Shown here piece by piece: positions 18,904 to 27,911 of a stretch of 32,000 nucleotides of DNA (the first letter of the stretch is position 1; each line of letters begins with the position of its first letter). The notes beneath the pieces are model-generated. The model was not told the origin of the DNA. It did not search any database and worked only from the letters and a program-made list of their open reading frames with translations. The stretch is from Nonlabens ponticola (GTDB taxonomy: Bacteria; Bacteroidota; Bacteroidia; Flavobacteriales; Flavobacteriaceae): NCBI RefSeq assembly GCF_003966335.1, contig NZ_CP034549.1, forward strand, positions 2,760,001-2,792,000, written 5' to 3'. Made by a program: the position numbers and the translations under genes.

Positions 18904-20094
18904 ATGCCGCAGATATCCGTAAAAGGAAGGCAAATGCCTTCATCACCAGTACGTAAACTTGTTCCTTATGCCGAGTCGGCTAAAAAACGAGGAACTAACA
19001 TCTATCAGCTTAACATAGGACAACCAGATATTAAAACGCCCGAGCAAGCAATTGCCGCGGTGCGCAACAATTCTATGGAAATCCTAGAATATAGTCACAG
19101 TGCTGGTAATGAGAGTTATCGCAAAAAACTGGTGGCACATTACAACAAACTGGATATGAATCTTGACATCGATGATGTCATCGTATCGACTGGTGGTAGC
19201 GAGGCGTTGATGTTTGCCATGGGAAGCATATGCGATCAAGGCGACGAGGTCATCATACCAGAACCGTTTTATGCCAACTATAATGGCTTTGCCACGGCAA
19301 GTGGTGTTGCGGTAAAACCTATTGCAACCAACATTGAGAATAACTTTGCATTACCAGATATTGAGGCTTTTGAAAATCTGATCACTGATAGAACTAAAGC
19401 CATATTAATCTGCAATCCAGGAAATCCAACTGGTTACCTCTATACTCAAGAAGAGATGGATAAACTGGCAGCACTTGTAATCAAACACGATATATTCCTG
19501 GTTGCAGATGAAGTTTATCGCGAGTTTGCTTATGACGGTCGCGTGCATCACAGTGTGATGAATCAAGCAGGTCTTGAAAATCATGCGATCATGATTGACA
19601 GCGTTTCAAAACGCTACAGCATGTGCGGCGCACGTATAGGCTGCATGGTTTCAAAAAACAAAGAAGTGGTCGCCGCGGCCATGAAATTTGCACAGGCGCG
19701 ATTGAGCCCACCAACCTTTGCACAAATCGCTGCCGAAGCTGCGCTTGACACACCGCAGTCTTACTTTGACGAGGTGATTGAGGAATATATCGACAGGCGA
19801 GACACGCTTATCAGCGGACTCAAAAATATAGAAGGCGTGCAGGTAGCTAATCCTGGTGGTGCCTTTTACTGCGTTGCCCAACTACCCGTCGAGGACGCAG
19901 ATCATTTCGCACAGTGGTTGCTGGAATCCTTTGAGCATGAAGGAGAGACGATAATGGTAGCGCCAGCAGCAGGCTTTTACAGCACTCCAGGCAGCGGTAA
20001 AAACCAGATACGCATTGCCTATGTTCTTGAGAAAAAATCCCTGATTAAAGCTGTTGAAATTTTAGAAAAGGCACTTGAAGCCTACAAGTCGTGA
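18904..20094 (+). CDS. Class I/II pyridoxal-phosphate-dependent aminotransferase (aspartate/aromatic type)
   Basis: PLP-lysine region SVSKRYSMCGARIG and NPGNPTG motif. The track start at 18883 is TTG; the first ATG is at 18904 (MPQISVKGRQMPSSPVRKL). Confidence 0.88.
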   Translation: MPQISVKGRQMPSSPVRKLVPYAESAKKRGTNIYQLNIGQPDIKTPEQAIAAVRNNSMEILEYSHSAGNESYRKKLVAHYNKLDMNLDIDDVIVSTGGSEALMFAMGSICDQGDEVIIPEPFYANYNGFATASGVAVKPIATNIENNFALPDIEAFENLITDRTKAILICNPGNPTGYLYTQEEMDKLAALVIKHDIFLVADEVYREFAYDGRVHHSVMNQAGLENHAIMIDSVSKRYSMCGARIGCMVSKNKEVVAAAMKFAQARLSPPTFAQIAAEAALDTPQSYFDEVIEEYIDRRDTLISGLKNIEGVQVANPGGAFYCVAQLPVEDADHFAQWLLESFEHEGETIMVAPAAGFYSTPGSGKNQIRIAYVLEKKSLIKAVEILEKALEAYKS

Positions 20095-21125
20095 TCCAGA
20101 TACAACATCATGTAGCTCTTAAGGAGTTTAATACGTTTGGGATATCAGCTTTCGCGAAAGCTTACACACCCATAAACATTCCTGCACAATTTAAGGAAGC
20201 GGCATCCTATTATAAAGGTGAACAAGTTTTTTTATTAGGTGGCGGCAGCAATATGTTGTTGATTGATGATATTTCAAGACCAGTATTACATGTTTTAACC
20301 AAAGGAATAGAAACACAAGCCGCACAAAACGGTGAGATACACATCACGGCTCAAGCGGGCGAAAACTGGCATGAATTTGTTCTATACTGCATAAAGAACA
20401 ATTATGCAGGGATTGAAAATCTTTCATTGATCCCAGGAAACATCGGTACGTCACCTATTCAAAATATCGGTGCCTACGGTGTAGAACTTAAGGATGTATT
20501 TAACAGCTGTACGGTTATTGACCTGCAAACTCTAGAAGAGAAGTCTTTAAGCCTTGAAGAATGCAATTTTGGTTATCGAGATAGCGTCTTTAAGAAGGAG
20601 GCTGCTGGTAAATACATCATAACATCAGTCACTTTTAAATTACAGGATTTATCTATAAATCCAGATTATAAGCTCAAGACCAGTTACGGTGCGATTCAAG
20701 AGGAGTTAGATCGTCTAGGAGGCGAGCCCGATATAGCTTTGGTTTCCCAGGCCGTCATTAACATTAGAACCAGCAAACTACCAGATCCCAAAATCATAGG
20801 TAACAGTGGTAGTTTCTTTAAAAACCCAATAATTAAGCGGGATCGTTATGACGAGCTGGTAAGATTGCATCCACATATGCCTTCTTATAATGTGGATGAC
20901 GATCATGTGAAGGTTCCTGCTGGATGGTTGATAGATCAATGTGGTTTCAAAGGTTATCGCAAGGGCGATGCTGGCGTCCATGATAAACAGGCGCTGGTGT
21001 TGGTCAATCATGGTAAAGCAACCGGCAAGGAAATAATATCGCTATCCCGAGAAATTCAAGAAAAGGTAAATTCTAGATTTGGTATATCTATAGATACCGA
21101 GGTTAACCTGATTGAAAATATGTAG
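20091..21125 (+). CDS. murB: UDP-N-acetylenolpyruvoylglucosamine reductase
   Basis: NTFGI N-terminal motif, GGGSN FAD-binding motif, LIPGNIGTSPIQNIGAYG, and AGWLIDQCGFKG. The GTG start overlaps the upstream TGA stop (GTGA), and no in-frame ATG lies nearby. It contains palindrome copy 5 (SAFAKAY). Confidence 0.93.
   Translation: MIQIQHHVALKEFNTFGISAFAKAYTPINIPAQFKEAASYYKGEQVFLLGGGSNMLLIDDISRPVLHVLTKGIETQAAQNGEIHITAQAGENWHEFVLYCIKNNYAGIENLSLIPGNIGTSPIQNIGAYGVELKDVFNSCTVIDLQTLEEKSLSLEECNFGYRDSVFKKEAAGKYIITSVTFKLQDLSINPDYKLKTSYGAIQEELDRLGGEPDIALVSQAVINIRTSKLPDPKIIGNSGSFFKNPIIKRDRYDELVRLHPHMPSYNVDDDHVKVPAGWLIDQCGFKGYRKGDAGVHDKQALVLVNHGKATGKEIISLSREIQEKVNSRFGISIDTEVNLIENM
20147..20162. repeat. Palindrome family copy 5: variant perfect 16-bp palindrome AGCTTTCGCGAAAGCT
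   Basis: Read directly from the sequence. It lies inside murB and is read as SAFAKAY. Confidence 0.95.
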
Positions 21126-21155
21126 AGAGGCTCGCTCTTTGATACTTGTATTGTC

Positions 21156-21163
21156 TAAATTTG
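21156..21163 (+). promoter_or_regulatory. -7 box TAAATTTG, 4 nt upstream of the small Cys-rich membrane protein ATG
   Basis: TAAATTTG followed by CAAC and then ATG (21168). Confidence 0.45.
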
Positions 21164-21167
21164 CAAC

Positions 21168-21374
21168 ATGAAATTACTTTTGATAACATTCGGATTGATG
21201 GCGCTGGCCTTTGCGGGAATTGCGATCAAGATTTGGGGTAAAAAAGACGGTAAATTCTCAGGAACCTGTGCGAGCCAGAACCCATATCTCAACAAGGATG
21301 GACAAGCCTGCAGCATGTGCGGTAAATTGCCAGAAGAGCAAACGGATTGCGATACAGTAGCTAAGGCTTCATAG
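21168..21374 (+). CDS. Small membrane protein with a Cys-rich tail (architecture reminiscent of NqrM/DUF539; function unknown)
   Basis: 68 aa with one N-terminal TM helix (LLLITFGLMALAFAGIAIKIW), followed by GTC...C..CG...C (4 Cys). Confidence 0.55.
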   Translation: MKLLLITFGLMALAFAGIAIKIWGKKDGKFSGTCASQNPYLNKDGQACSMCGKLPEEQTDCDTVAKAS

Positions 21375-21378
21375 AGTT

Positions 21379-22482
21379 ATGCTAGACGTGTTTTTCTACC
21401 TACTATTGGGATGCGTCCTTATCAACACCTTTTACTATTTCTATTTTTCTAAGGCTGCAACGCAGCCAGAAATCGAGCACACAAAAAGCTCTCAACCGGT
21501 TTCCATAATCGTTTGCTCAAAAAATGAGCAGGAAAATCTCAAAGAACTTGTACCGTTGTTAATCTCACAAGATCATCCAGATTATGAGATTATTTTGATT
21601 AACGATGCTAGTAGCGATGATACGCGTTTTGTTATTGAAGGTTTTGCTGCGACACACAACAATATTCACCTAGTCAATGTAGTCAACAACGAGAACTTTT
21701 GGGGTAACAAAAAGTATGCGCTTACATTAGGCATCAAGAAAGCGACGCATGACCATCTAGTTTTTATAGATGCAGATTGTAGACCAGACAGCAATTTATG
21801 GCTTTCACACATGGCGCGACCACTGTCCACCGGTAGCGATATAACTCTAGGTTATGGCGGTTATGAATTTGTGCCTAAATCCTTATTGAATGGTCTCATA
21901 AGATTTGAGACGGTCTTTACGGCATTGCAGTACCTAGGTTATGCGCTGCGCGGCAATGCCTATATGGGCGTGGGCCGTAATCTAGCCTATACATCTACCC
22001 TATTTTATGAGCAAAGCGGCTTTATGAGCCACATGCACATCATGGGTGGTGATGATGATCTTTTTGTGAATAGCGCATCGAGAAAGGCAAATGTCGCGGT
22101 TGCCTCGCATCCCGATTCCTTTACTTACAGCAAGCCTAAAACCAGCTGGAAATCTTGGTGGACGCAAAAACGCAGGCACCTCAAAGTCTCAAAACACTAT
22201 CGCGGTAAGCATAAATCGGCATTGGGATTATTCTTCTTGAGTCAGATCCTATTTTTCATTGTAGCCACGCTCGCATTGGTATTATCTTCATACTGGTTAG
22301 CAATTCTAGCATTGATTTTATGTAGATATGTAGTTGTTTATGTGGTTATGGGTAAGGGTTTGTTACGCTTTCGCGAAAGCGGACTCATTCCATACATCGC
22401 CCTACTAGAAATAATGCTTATCGTTGCCCAACTAGGGATTTTTACAAGCAATTTGATCGATAAACCAAAACACTGGAAGTAG
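21379..22482 (+). CDS. Family 2 glycosyltransferase, membrane-anchored
   Basis: GT2 core (VSIIVCSKNE...LINDASSDDT...FIDADC) and C-terminal TM helices. It contains palindrome copy 6 (LLRFRESG). Confidence 0.85.
   Translation: MLDVFFYLLLGCVLINTFYYFYFSKAATQPEIEHTKSSQPVSIIVCSKNEQENLKELVPLLISQDHPDYEIILINDASSDDTRFVIEGFAATHNNIHLVNVVNNENFWGNKKYALTLGIKKATHDHLVFIDADCRPDSNLWLSHMARPLSTGSDITLGYGGYEFVPKSLLNGLIRFETVFTALQYLGYALRGNAYMGVGRNLAYTSTLFYEQSGFMSHMHIMGGDDDLFVNSASRKANVAVASHPDSFTYSKPKTSWKSWWTQKRRHLKVSKHYRGKHKSALGLFFLSQILFFIVATLALVLSSYWLAILALILCRYVVVYVVMGKGLLRFRESGLIPYIALLEIMLIVAQLGIFTSNLIDKPKHWK
22363..22381. repeat. Palindrome family copy 6: TTA-CGCTTTCGCGAAAGCG (perfect 16-bp core at 22366-22381)
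   Basis: Read directly from the sequence. It lies inside the GT2 glycosyltransferase CDS and is read as LRFRES. Confidence 0.95.
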
Positions 22483-22517
22483 TCAGTTACTCATGACTTA
22501 AACGACTACATAATCAT

Positions 22518-22525
22518 TAACTTTG
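22518..22525 (+). promoter_or_regulatory. -7 box TAACTTTG, 4 nt upstream of the lipA ATG
   Basis: TAACTTTG followed by TATT and then ATG (22530). Confidence 0.45.
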
Positions 22526-22529
22526 TATT

Positions 22530-23408
22530 ATGGAGACAGCAACAACAAGTGTAGCACCGCCAGCAACTAAGGGTAAACCAAAGTGGCTGAGAGTCAAACT
22601 GCCTGTAGGTCAAAAGTATAAGGAATTGCGTGGTGTGGTTGACAAGTACGATCTTCACACCATTTGCACCTCAGGTAGTTGTCCTAACATGGGAGAATGC
22701 TGGACTGAAGGTACTGCTACATTCATGATTCTGGGAAACACCTGCACGAGATCCTGTGGTTTTTGTGGTGTGAAAACCGGCAGACCTGACTCACTAGACT
22801 GGGCAGAACCTGAAAAAGTTGCTCGCAGTATCAAACTTATGGGCATCAAACATGCGGTTATTACCAGTGTGGATAGAGATGACTTAAAGGATATGGGCAG
22901 CATCATCTGGAAAGAAACTGTTGCAGCGATTAGACGCATGAATCCTGAGACAACTCTAGAAACACTGATACCTGATTTTCAAGGAGTAACGCGCAATATT
23001 GATCGTATCGTTGCTGCAAATCCAGAGGTTGTTTCACACAACATGGAAACGGTAAAACGATTGACCAGAGAAGTACGTATTCAAGCAAAATATGAGCGCA
23101 GCCTAGAGGTATTGAGATACCTTAAGCAAGAAGGCATTAATCGCACAAAATCTGGTATTATGCTAGGTTTAGGTGAGCGTGAGGAAGAAGTTATCCAGAC
23201 AATGGAAGATTTGCGTGATAATGATGTAGATGTTGTTACCATAGGTCAATATTTACAACCTTCAAAAAAACACTTGCCTGTACAAGAATTCATTACACCT
23301 GAGCAATTTGGTGTTTATGAAAAGCTGGGTCTAGAAATGGGCTTTAGACATGTTGAAAGTGGCGCTTTAGTGCGCAGTTCTTATAAGGCTCACAAGCATA
23401 TACTTTAA
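22530..23408 (+). CDS. lipA: Lipoyl synthase
   Basis: Both cluster motifs are present: CTSGSCPNMGEC and the radical-SAM motif CTRSCGFC. Confidence 0.96.
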   Translation: METATTSVAPPATKGKPKWLRVKLPVGQKYKELRGVVDKYDLHTICTSGSCPNMGECWTEGTATFMILGNTCTRSCGFCGVKTGRPDSLDWAEPEKVARSIKLMGIKHAVITSVDRDDLKDMGSIIWKETVAAIRRMNPETTLETLIPDFQGVTRNIDRIVAANPEVVSHNMETVKRLTREVRIQAKYERSLEVLRYLKQEGINRTKSGIMLGLGEREEEVIQTMEDLRDNDVDVVTIGQYLQPSKKHLPVQEFITPEQFGVYEKLGLEMGFRHVESGALVRSSYKAHKHIL

Positions 23409-23427
23409 TTTTTCATTCTAATTTTTC

Positions 23428-24417
23428 ATGATTAAAGTTGCGATCAATGGTTTTGGACGTATAGGTCGTACTTTCTTACGCACAGTTTTAAATCATGAAC
23501 ACATCCAAGTGGTCGCTATTAATGATCTTGCGAGTGTCGAGGTGATGGCTCACTTGCTCAAGTATGATTCTATACATGGCGTTTTAGCTCATGAAGTGCA
23601 TCACAACGAGGATAAATTGATTGTTGATGGTAAGGAAATTTCCTTTAGCCATCACGCGGTTCTCAATAAGTTAGATTGGACAGGTGTTGATGTAGTTCTT
23701 GAAGCTACTGGAAAGTTTAAATCAAAAAGACAGCTAGAACAGCATCTTGAAGCTGGTGCGGGCAAAGTTATTCTCACGGCGCCACCAATAGACGACGGCA
23801 TCAAAACCGTTGTATTAGGTGTTAACGATGATGTCATGGATGAGCACGATCTCATTATTTCAAACGCTAGTTGCACCACAAATAATGCAGCACCTATGAT
23901 CAAGGTGCTAGACGAGTTATACGGCGTTGAACAAGCATATATTACCACGGTACATAGTTATACTACAGACCAGAGCCTACACGATCAACCTCATCGGGAT
24001 TTGAGGCGTGCTCGCGCAGCTGGGCAATCTATTGTTCCTACAACAACTGGCGCAGCCAAGGCATTGACAAAGATTTTTCCTCACTTAAGTGATGTCATAG
24101 GCGGTTGTGGAATTAGGGTTCCAGTTCCTAACGGTAGCCTTACCGATATGACTATCAATGTGAAGACTGAAGTTACCATTGAAGAAGTCAATCAGGCATT
24201 TTTGACATACGCAGAAGAAAATCCGGATACATTTTCTTACACTGACGTACCCTTAGTTTCCATAGATATATCTGGTAGTCCTTACTCTTGTATTTATGAT
24301 TCACAAATGACATCTGTGATTGGAAATCTAGTCAAAATCATAGGTTGGTACGACAATGAGAGCGGTTACTCAAACCGTTTGAAAGATCTGATAATGAGAT
24401 TGTCAACAAAAAGTTAA
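23428..24417 (+). CDS. gap: Type I glyceraldehyde-3-phosphate dehydrogenase
   Basis: NGFGRIGR Rossmann N-terminus, active-site SNASCTTN, and WYDNE C-terminal motif. Confidence 0.96.
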   Translation: MIKVAINGFGRIGRTFLRTVLNHEHIQVVAINDLASVEVMAHLLKYDSIHGVLAHEVHHNEDKLIVDGKEISFSHHAVLNKLDWTGVDVVLEATGKFKSKRQLEQHLEAGAGKVILTAPPIDDGIKTVVLGVNDDVMDEHDLIISNASCTTNNAAPMIKVLDELYGVEQAYITTVHSYTTDQSLHDQPHRDLRRARAAGQSIVPTTTGAAKALTKIFPHLSDVIGGCGIRVPVPNGSLTDMTINVKTEVTIEEVNQAFLTYAEENPDTFSYTDVPLVSIDISGSPYSCIYDSQMTSVIGNLVKIIGWYDNESGYSNRLKDLIMRLSTKS

Positions 24418-24512
24418 CAGGAAAATAAGTGTTTATCGATTAACGGTCACAATACCTATCAATATTAAGTGTAATTCACCATTTTGATTACATAGAATTA
24501 TATTTACAAATC

Positions 24513-26900
24513 GTGAATTCCAACCGAAAATATAATTTATTCATCTTAGGTCTGTTGTTTTTATGCAGCCTTACAGCGTTCTCTCAAGAATCTAATTCTA
24601 AACTTTCTAAGGAAAGTCAGGATTTTGTGATTGACGTTATATTGGAACGCGCCAATCTTGCACTACAACGCAATAATTATTTAGAAGCTCAAAAAATACT
24701 CTCAAGCGCCAAAGAAATTGCCGTGGATTCTACCATCCAGTGGAAAGCAGATATTTTTCAGGCAAATTTTTACTCCTTTACTGGTCAACTAGATCAAGCT
24801 GCAAATCAGGTAAATCGCTTGAGTAAAGTCATACCAGAATCAAACGAGTCTTACATTGATTTGATACTGGTTAAGGCAGATGTACTTACCAAGCAAGGTG
24901 ATTATTTAAAGGCTGACCAATCCTTAAAACAAGCTAATTTACTTGTTTCTCAATCGCAAGATCCATCGGTAATTGCCAGAATACAGTTTTTAAGAGCAGA
25001 ATTATTCTTGAAAACCAAAAACACCTATGAGGCCACCAGCCTTTATCAAGATGTAATTCCTAAACTCAAGGAACAGCAGTTATTCTACTATGAAGCAAAA
25101 GCCCGATTCAATCTAGCTCAAGCATATTTTGACAAAACAGATCTTGTCAATGCAGACCTAGCCGCTGAAGATGCCATTGCTACGGCAACTAATTTTGGCT
25201 TTAAAGCTATTGAGATTGAAGGTTACCTGTTGAAATCTCAAATTGCCAAAGGCTTAGGCAATCTTGAGGAAACTGTAGAATTTCTAGATAGATATATAAA
25301 GGCACGTGAGAATTACACAGGAACCGATAGTAGTATTGCAGAGAATCCATCTACATTATTAGCAAGCATCAATGCACTAAAAGAGGCAAACGAAGCGCTA
25401 AAAGCTGAAAATGCCGAACAAGCAAGTACGCTTAAAGGCCGTGGACATTATTCTATCCTGTTATTTGTCATGCTGACCTTACTGTCTTTATTGACCATGT
25501 CACTTTTCAAAAACAACAAATTAAGAGCTCGCAGTAATCAAGCTCTTGAAGGAAAAAACAGCGCGCTTATTGATGAACGTGACCGCGCGCAAGATGCAGC
25601 TAAAATTAAGGCAGACTTCTTATCAACCATTACTCATGAGCTACGTACTCCTATGTATGCCGTTACTGGTTTGACACATTTACTGCTTGAATCAAATCCA
25701 CGAGGAGATCAGGAAGAACACTTACAAACACTCCAATCGTCTGGTGAATACTTGTTATCGCTCATCGACAACATTCTTGATTTCAACAAGCTTGAGGCTA
25801 ATAAAGTAGAACTAGAATCCATACCGTTTGATCTCAAAAAACGTGTTGAGGACATAGCAGTGTCATTGACAAATCAAGCCAAGGACCAGCAAAACAATCT
25901 ATCACTGCAATTTGATAAAGCTATACCATCGCGAGTAAAGGGTGATCCTGTAAAAATTTCACAGATTCTTATCAATCTTGTAGGTAATGCTATCAAGTTT
26001 ACCAAGTCTGGAAATATCTGGATTAGAGTGAATCGTTTGCGAGAAGATAATAACCAATGCTTGATACAGTTTGAAGTTGAGGATAACGGTAAAGGAATTT
26101 CAGAAGAGAAGCAACAGGACATCTTCAATAACTTTACTCAAGAAGGAACCAGCATAACAAGAGAGTACGGTGGTACTGGTCTAGGACTTGCGATTGTTAA
26201 AAACCTAGTCGGGTTGATGGGATCAGAAGTCAAACTAGATAGTAAAGTAGGTCGCGGTAGTATTTTCTCTTTTGAAGTTTGGTTAGAATTACCAGACAGC
26301 AACAAGTTCTATGAAGAAAACAAGCAACCGTCTAACAAGATGTCCATTGAACAATTGCAACAATCAACTCTAGAACTAGAACATAAAGCCGAGACCAAAG
26401 AAGCTGAAGACATTGTCGTTAACGATCCTGAAACAATTCCAGCGATTGAGGAACCAACTCAAAAAAATACCGCAGCAGGAAAAGACACTATTATCAAAGC
26501 TAGCCCTGCAAGCCCTAAAGACTTGATATCTAAAAAGATATTGATCGTTGAAGACAACAAGATCAATCAAATGATTACCCGTAAAATTCTTGAGGGAAAG
26601 AATTTTGAGTGTGATATAGCCAACAATGGTGTTGAGGCTCTAGGTAAAGCACGTGACAACAAGTATGACCTTATACTTATGGATATACACATGCCAGCCA
26701 TGGACGGTAAGCAAGCCACGGCTGAAATACGCAAGTTTGACAGGGAAATACCAATCATTGCCCTAACGGCCGTAACCCTTGATGAGACTGAAAAGGAATT
26801 CTACGAGATAGGTTTTGATGACATCATACCTAAGCCTTTCAAAATGGAAGAATTCTTTGAGAAGATTCAGAAAGCCTTTTCTAGCTACCAGATATATTAA
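24513..26900 (+). CDS. Hybrid sensor histidine kinase/response regulator with an N-terminal TPR-like sensor region
   Basis: Signal/TM segment, TPR-like repeats, a TM helix (SILLFVMLTLLSLLTMSLF), HisKA H-box (ITHELRTPM), HATPase N/G boxes (NLVGNAIKFT, GGTGLGLAI), and a C-terminal REC domain (ILIVEDN...DLILMDIHMPAMDG). The start is GTG, and no in-frame ATG precedes the signal peptide. Confidence 0.9.
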   Translation: MNSNRKYNLFILGLLFLCSLTAFSQESNSKLSKESQDFVIDVILERANLALQRNNYLEAQKILSSAKEIAVDSTIQWKADIFQANFYSFTGQLDQAANQVNRLSKVIPESNESYIDLILVKADVLTKQGDYLKADQSLKQANLLVSQSQDPSVIARIQFLRAELFLKTKNTYEATSLYQDVIPKLKEQQLFYYEAKARFNLAQAYFDKTDLVNADLAAEDAIATATNFGFKAIEIEGYLLKSQIAKGLGNLEETVEFLDRYIKARENYTGTDSSIAENPSTLLASINALKEANEALKAENAEQASTLKGRGHYSILLFVMLTLLSLLTMSLFKNNKLRARSNQALEGKNSALIDERDRAQDAAKIKADFLSTITHELRTPMYAVTGLTHLLLESNPRGDQEEHLQTLQSSGEYLLSLIDNILDFNKLEANKVELESIPFDLKKRVEDIAVSLTNQAKDQQNNLSLQFDKAIPSRVKGDPVKISQILINLVGNAIKFTKSGNIWIRVNRLREDNNQCLIQFEVEDNGKGISEEKQQDIFNNFTQEGTSITREYGGTGLGLAIVKNLVGLMGSEVKLDSKVGRGSIFSFEVWLELPDSNKFYEENKQPSNKMSIEQLQQSTLELEHKAETKEAEDIVVNDPETIPAIEEPTQKNTAAGKDTIIKASPASPKDLISKKILIVEDNKINQMITRKILEGKNFECDIANNGVEALGKARDNKYDLILMDIHMPAMDGKQATAEIRKFDREIPIIALTAVTLDETEKEFYEIGFDDIIPKPFKMEEFFEKIQKAFSSYQIY

Positions 26901-27864
26901 TTCTTAGCGGCTGACCTATAAATCTTGTTTTGATAGGTAAATAAAACAAGTTATTCATCTTCAATTTCCGCAACTTCACATAATCTTTTTCGGTAGTAAT
27001 AGTGATTTGGGAATTATCTAGCTCCTGCAAGTCGAGAGTATCATATTCATGATGATCCTTGAACTTAAAATGCTTAACAGTTGTAAACTGTTCTAAATAT
27101 TCTAGCAAATACTGTGGCTTCGCAATTCCTGTAATTAGATTGATGTTAGAATTTGCAATGGACGACAGCTGCTTTACACCAATTGCACTTTTAAGCTCAG
27201 TATCATATTGGATCGAAGAAAAATATACTTCTTGACTTTTAATAGGATTGATTTGAGATAGAATATGTTGCTGCTCCCTTTGAGAAAGATCCGGTGGGCA
27301 TTTAGTAACTACTATATGGTCAGCACGTCTTGAGCCTCGACGGTTTTCTCGCAAGTTGCCCGCTGGCAAAACGTGATCCTTATAATAAGGAGCGTTGTAA
27401 TCAGTTAGCATGATATATTGGGACGCTTTTACATATCGATGTTGATAAGCATCATCCAGCAAAATCACATCAAGATCATGAGAACTAATTAATTGCTCTA
27501 TTCCATCCGCTCGTTTTTCACAAACAGCTACTATGATGTCATCACCATATTTCAGTTTGAATTGTAATGGCTCATCTCCTACTTCGCTCGCATCGCTGTT
27601 ATTTGTTACCTCAAGAAAACCTTTAGTTTTTCTTCCATAGCCGCGACTTAAGACAGCGACTTTTTTACCTGCTAATTGTTCGATGCAATATTCAATCATA
27701 GGCGTTTTCCCTGTACCGCCAGTACTCAAATTACCTATGGCAATTACAGGAATATCAAAGGTGGTTTGTTTCAAGACACCAGCGTCAAACGCACTGTTGC
27801 GCAAACCAGTAACACCATCATACAACACTGAAAATGGGTAAAGTAAAATTCGCCATGACGCCAT
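26881..27864 (-). CDS. lpxK: Tetraacyldisaccharide 4'-kinase
   Basis: P-loop GNLSTGGTGKTP and typical LpxK length. Its 3' end overlaps the kinase gene by 20 bp (convergent). Confidence 0.9.
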   Translation of the reverse strand: MASWRILLYPFSVLYDGVTGLRNSAFDAGVLKQTTFDIPVIAIGNLSTGGTGKTPMIEYCIEQLAGKKVAVLSRGYGRKTKGFLEVTNNSDASEVGDEPLQFKLKYGDDIIVAVCEKRADGIEQLISSHDLDVILLDDAYQHRYVKASQYIMLTDYNAPYYKDHVLPAGNLRENRRGSRRADHIVVTKCPPDLSQREQQHILSQINPIKSQEVYFSSIQYDTELKSAIGVKQLSSIANSNINLITGIAKPQYLLEYLEQFTTVKHFKFKDHHEYDTLDLQELDNSQITITTEKDYVKLRKLKMNNLFYLPIKTRFIGQPLRINISGS

Positions 27865-27869
27865 AGTTT

Positions 27870-27877
27870 CAAAAGTA
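27870..27877 (-). promoter_or_regulatory. -7 box TACTTTTG (minus strand), 5 nt upstream of the lpxK ATG
   Basis: The minus strand reads TACTTTTG followed by AAACT and then ATG (27864). Confidence 0.4.
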
Positions 27878-27911
27878 GCTTAAATTTTATCTTTACCTTA
27901 CAAACCAGTTT

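Noticed and set aside
24418-24512. The 95-bp region upstream of the hybrid kinase was examined for a small RNA, a riboswitch or an exact -7 box.
   Set aside because: I found only a near-match (TATATTTA) and an imperfect palindrome around ATCGAT. There is no convincing structure or ORF.
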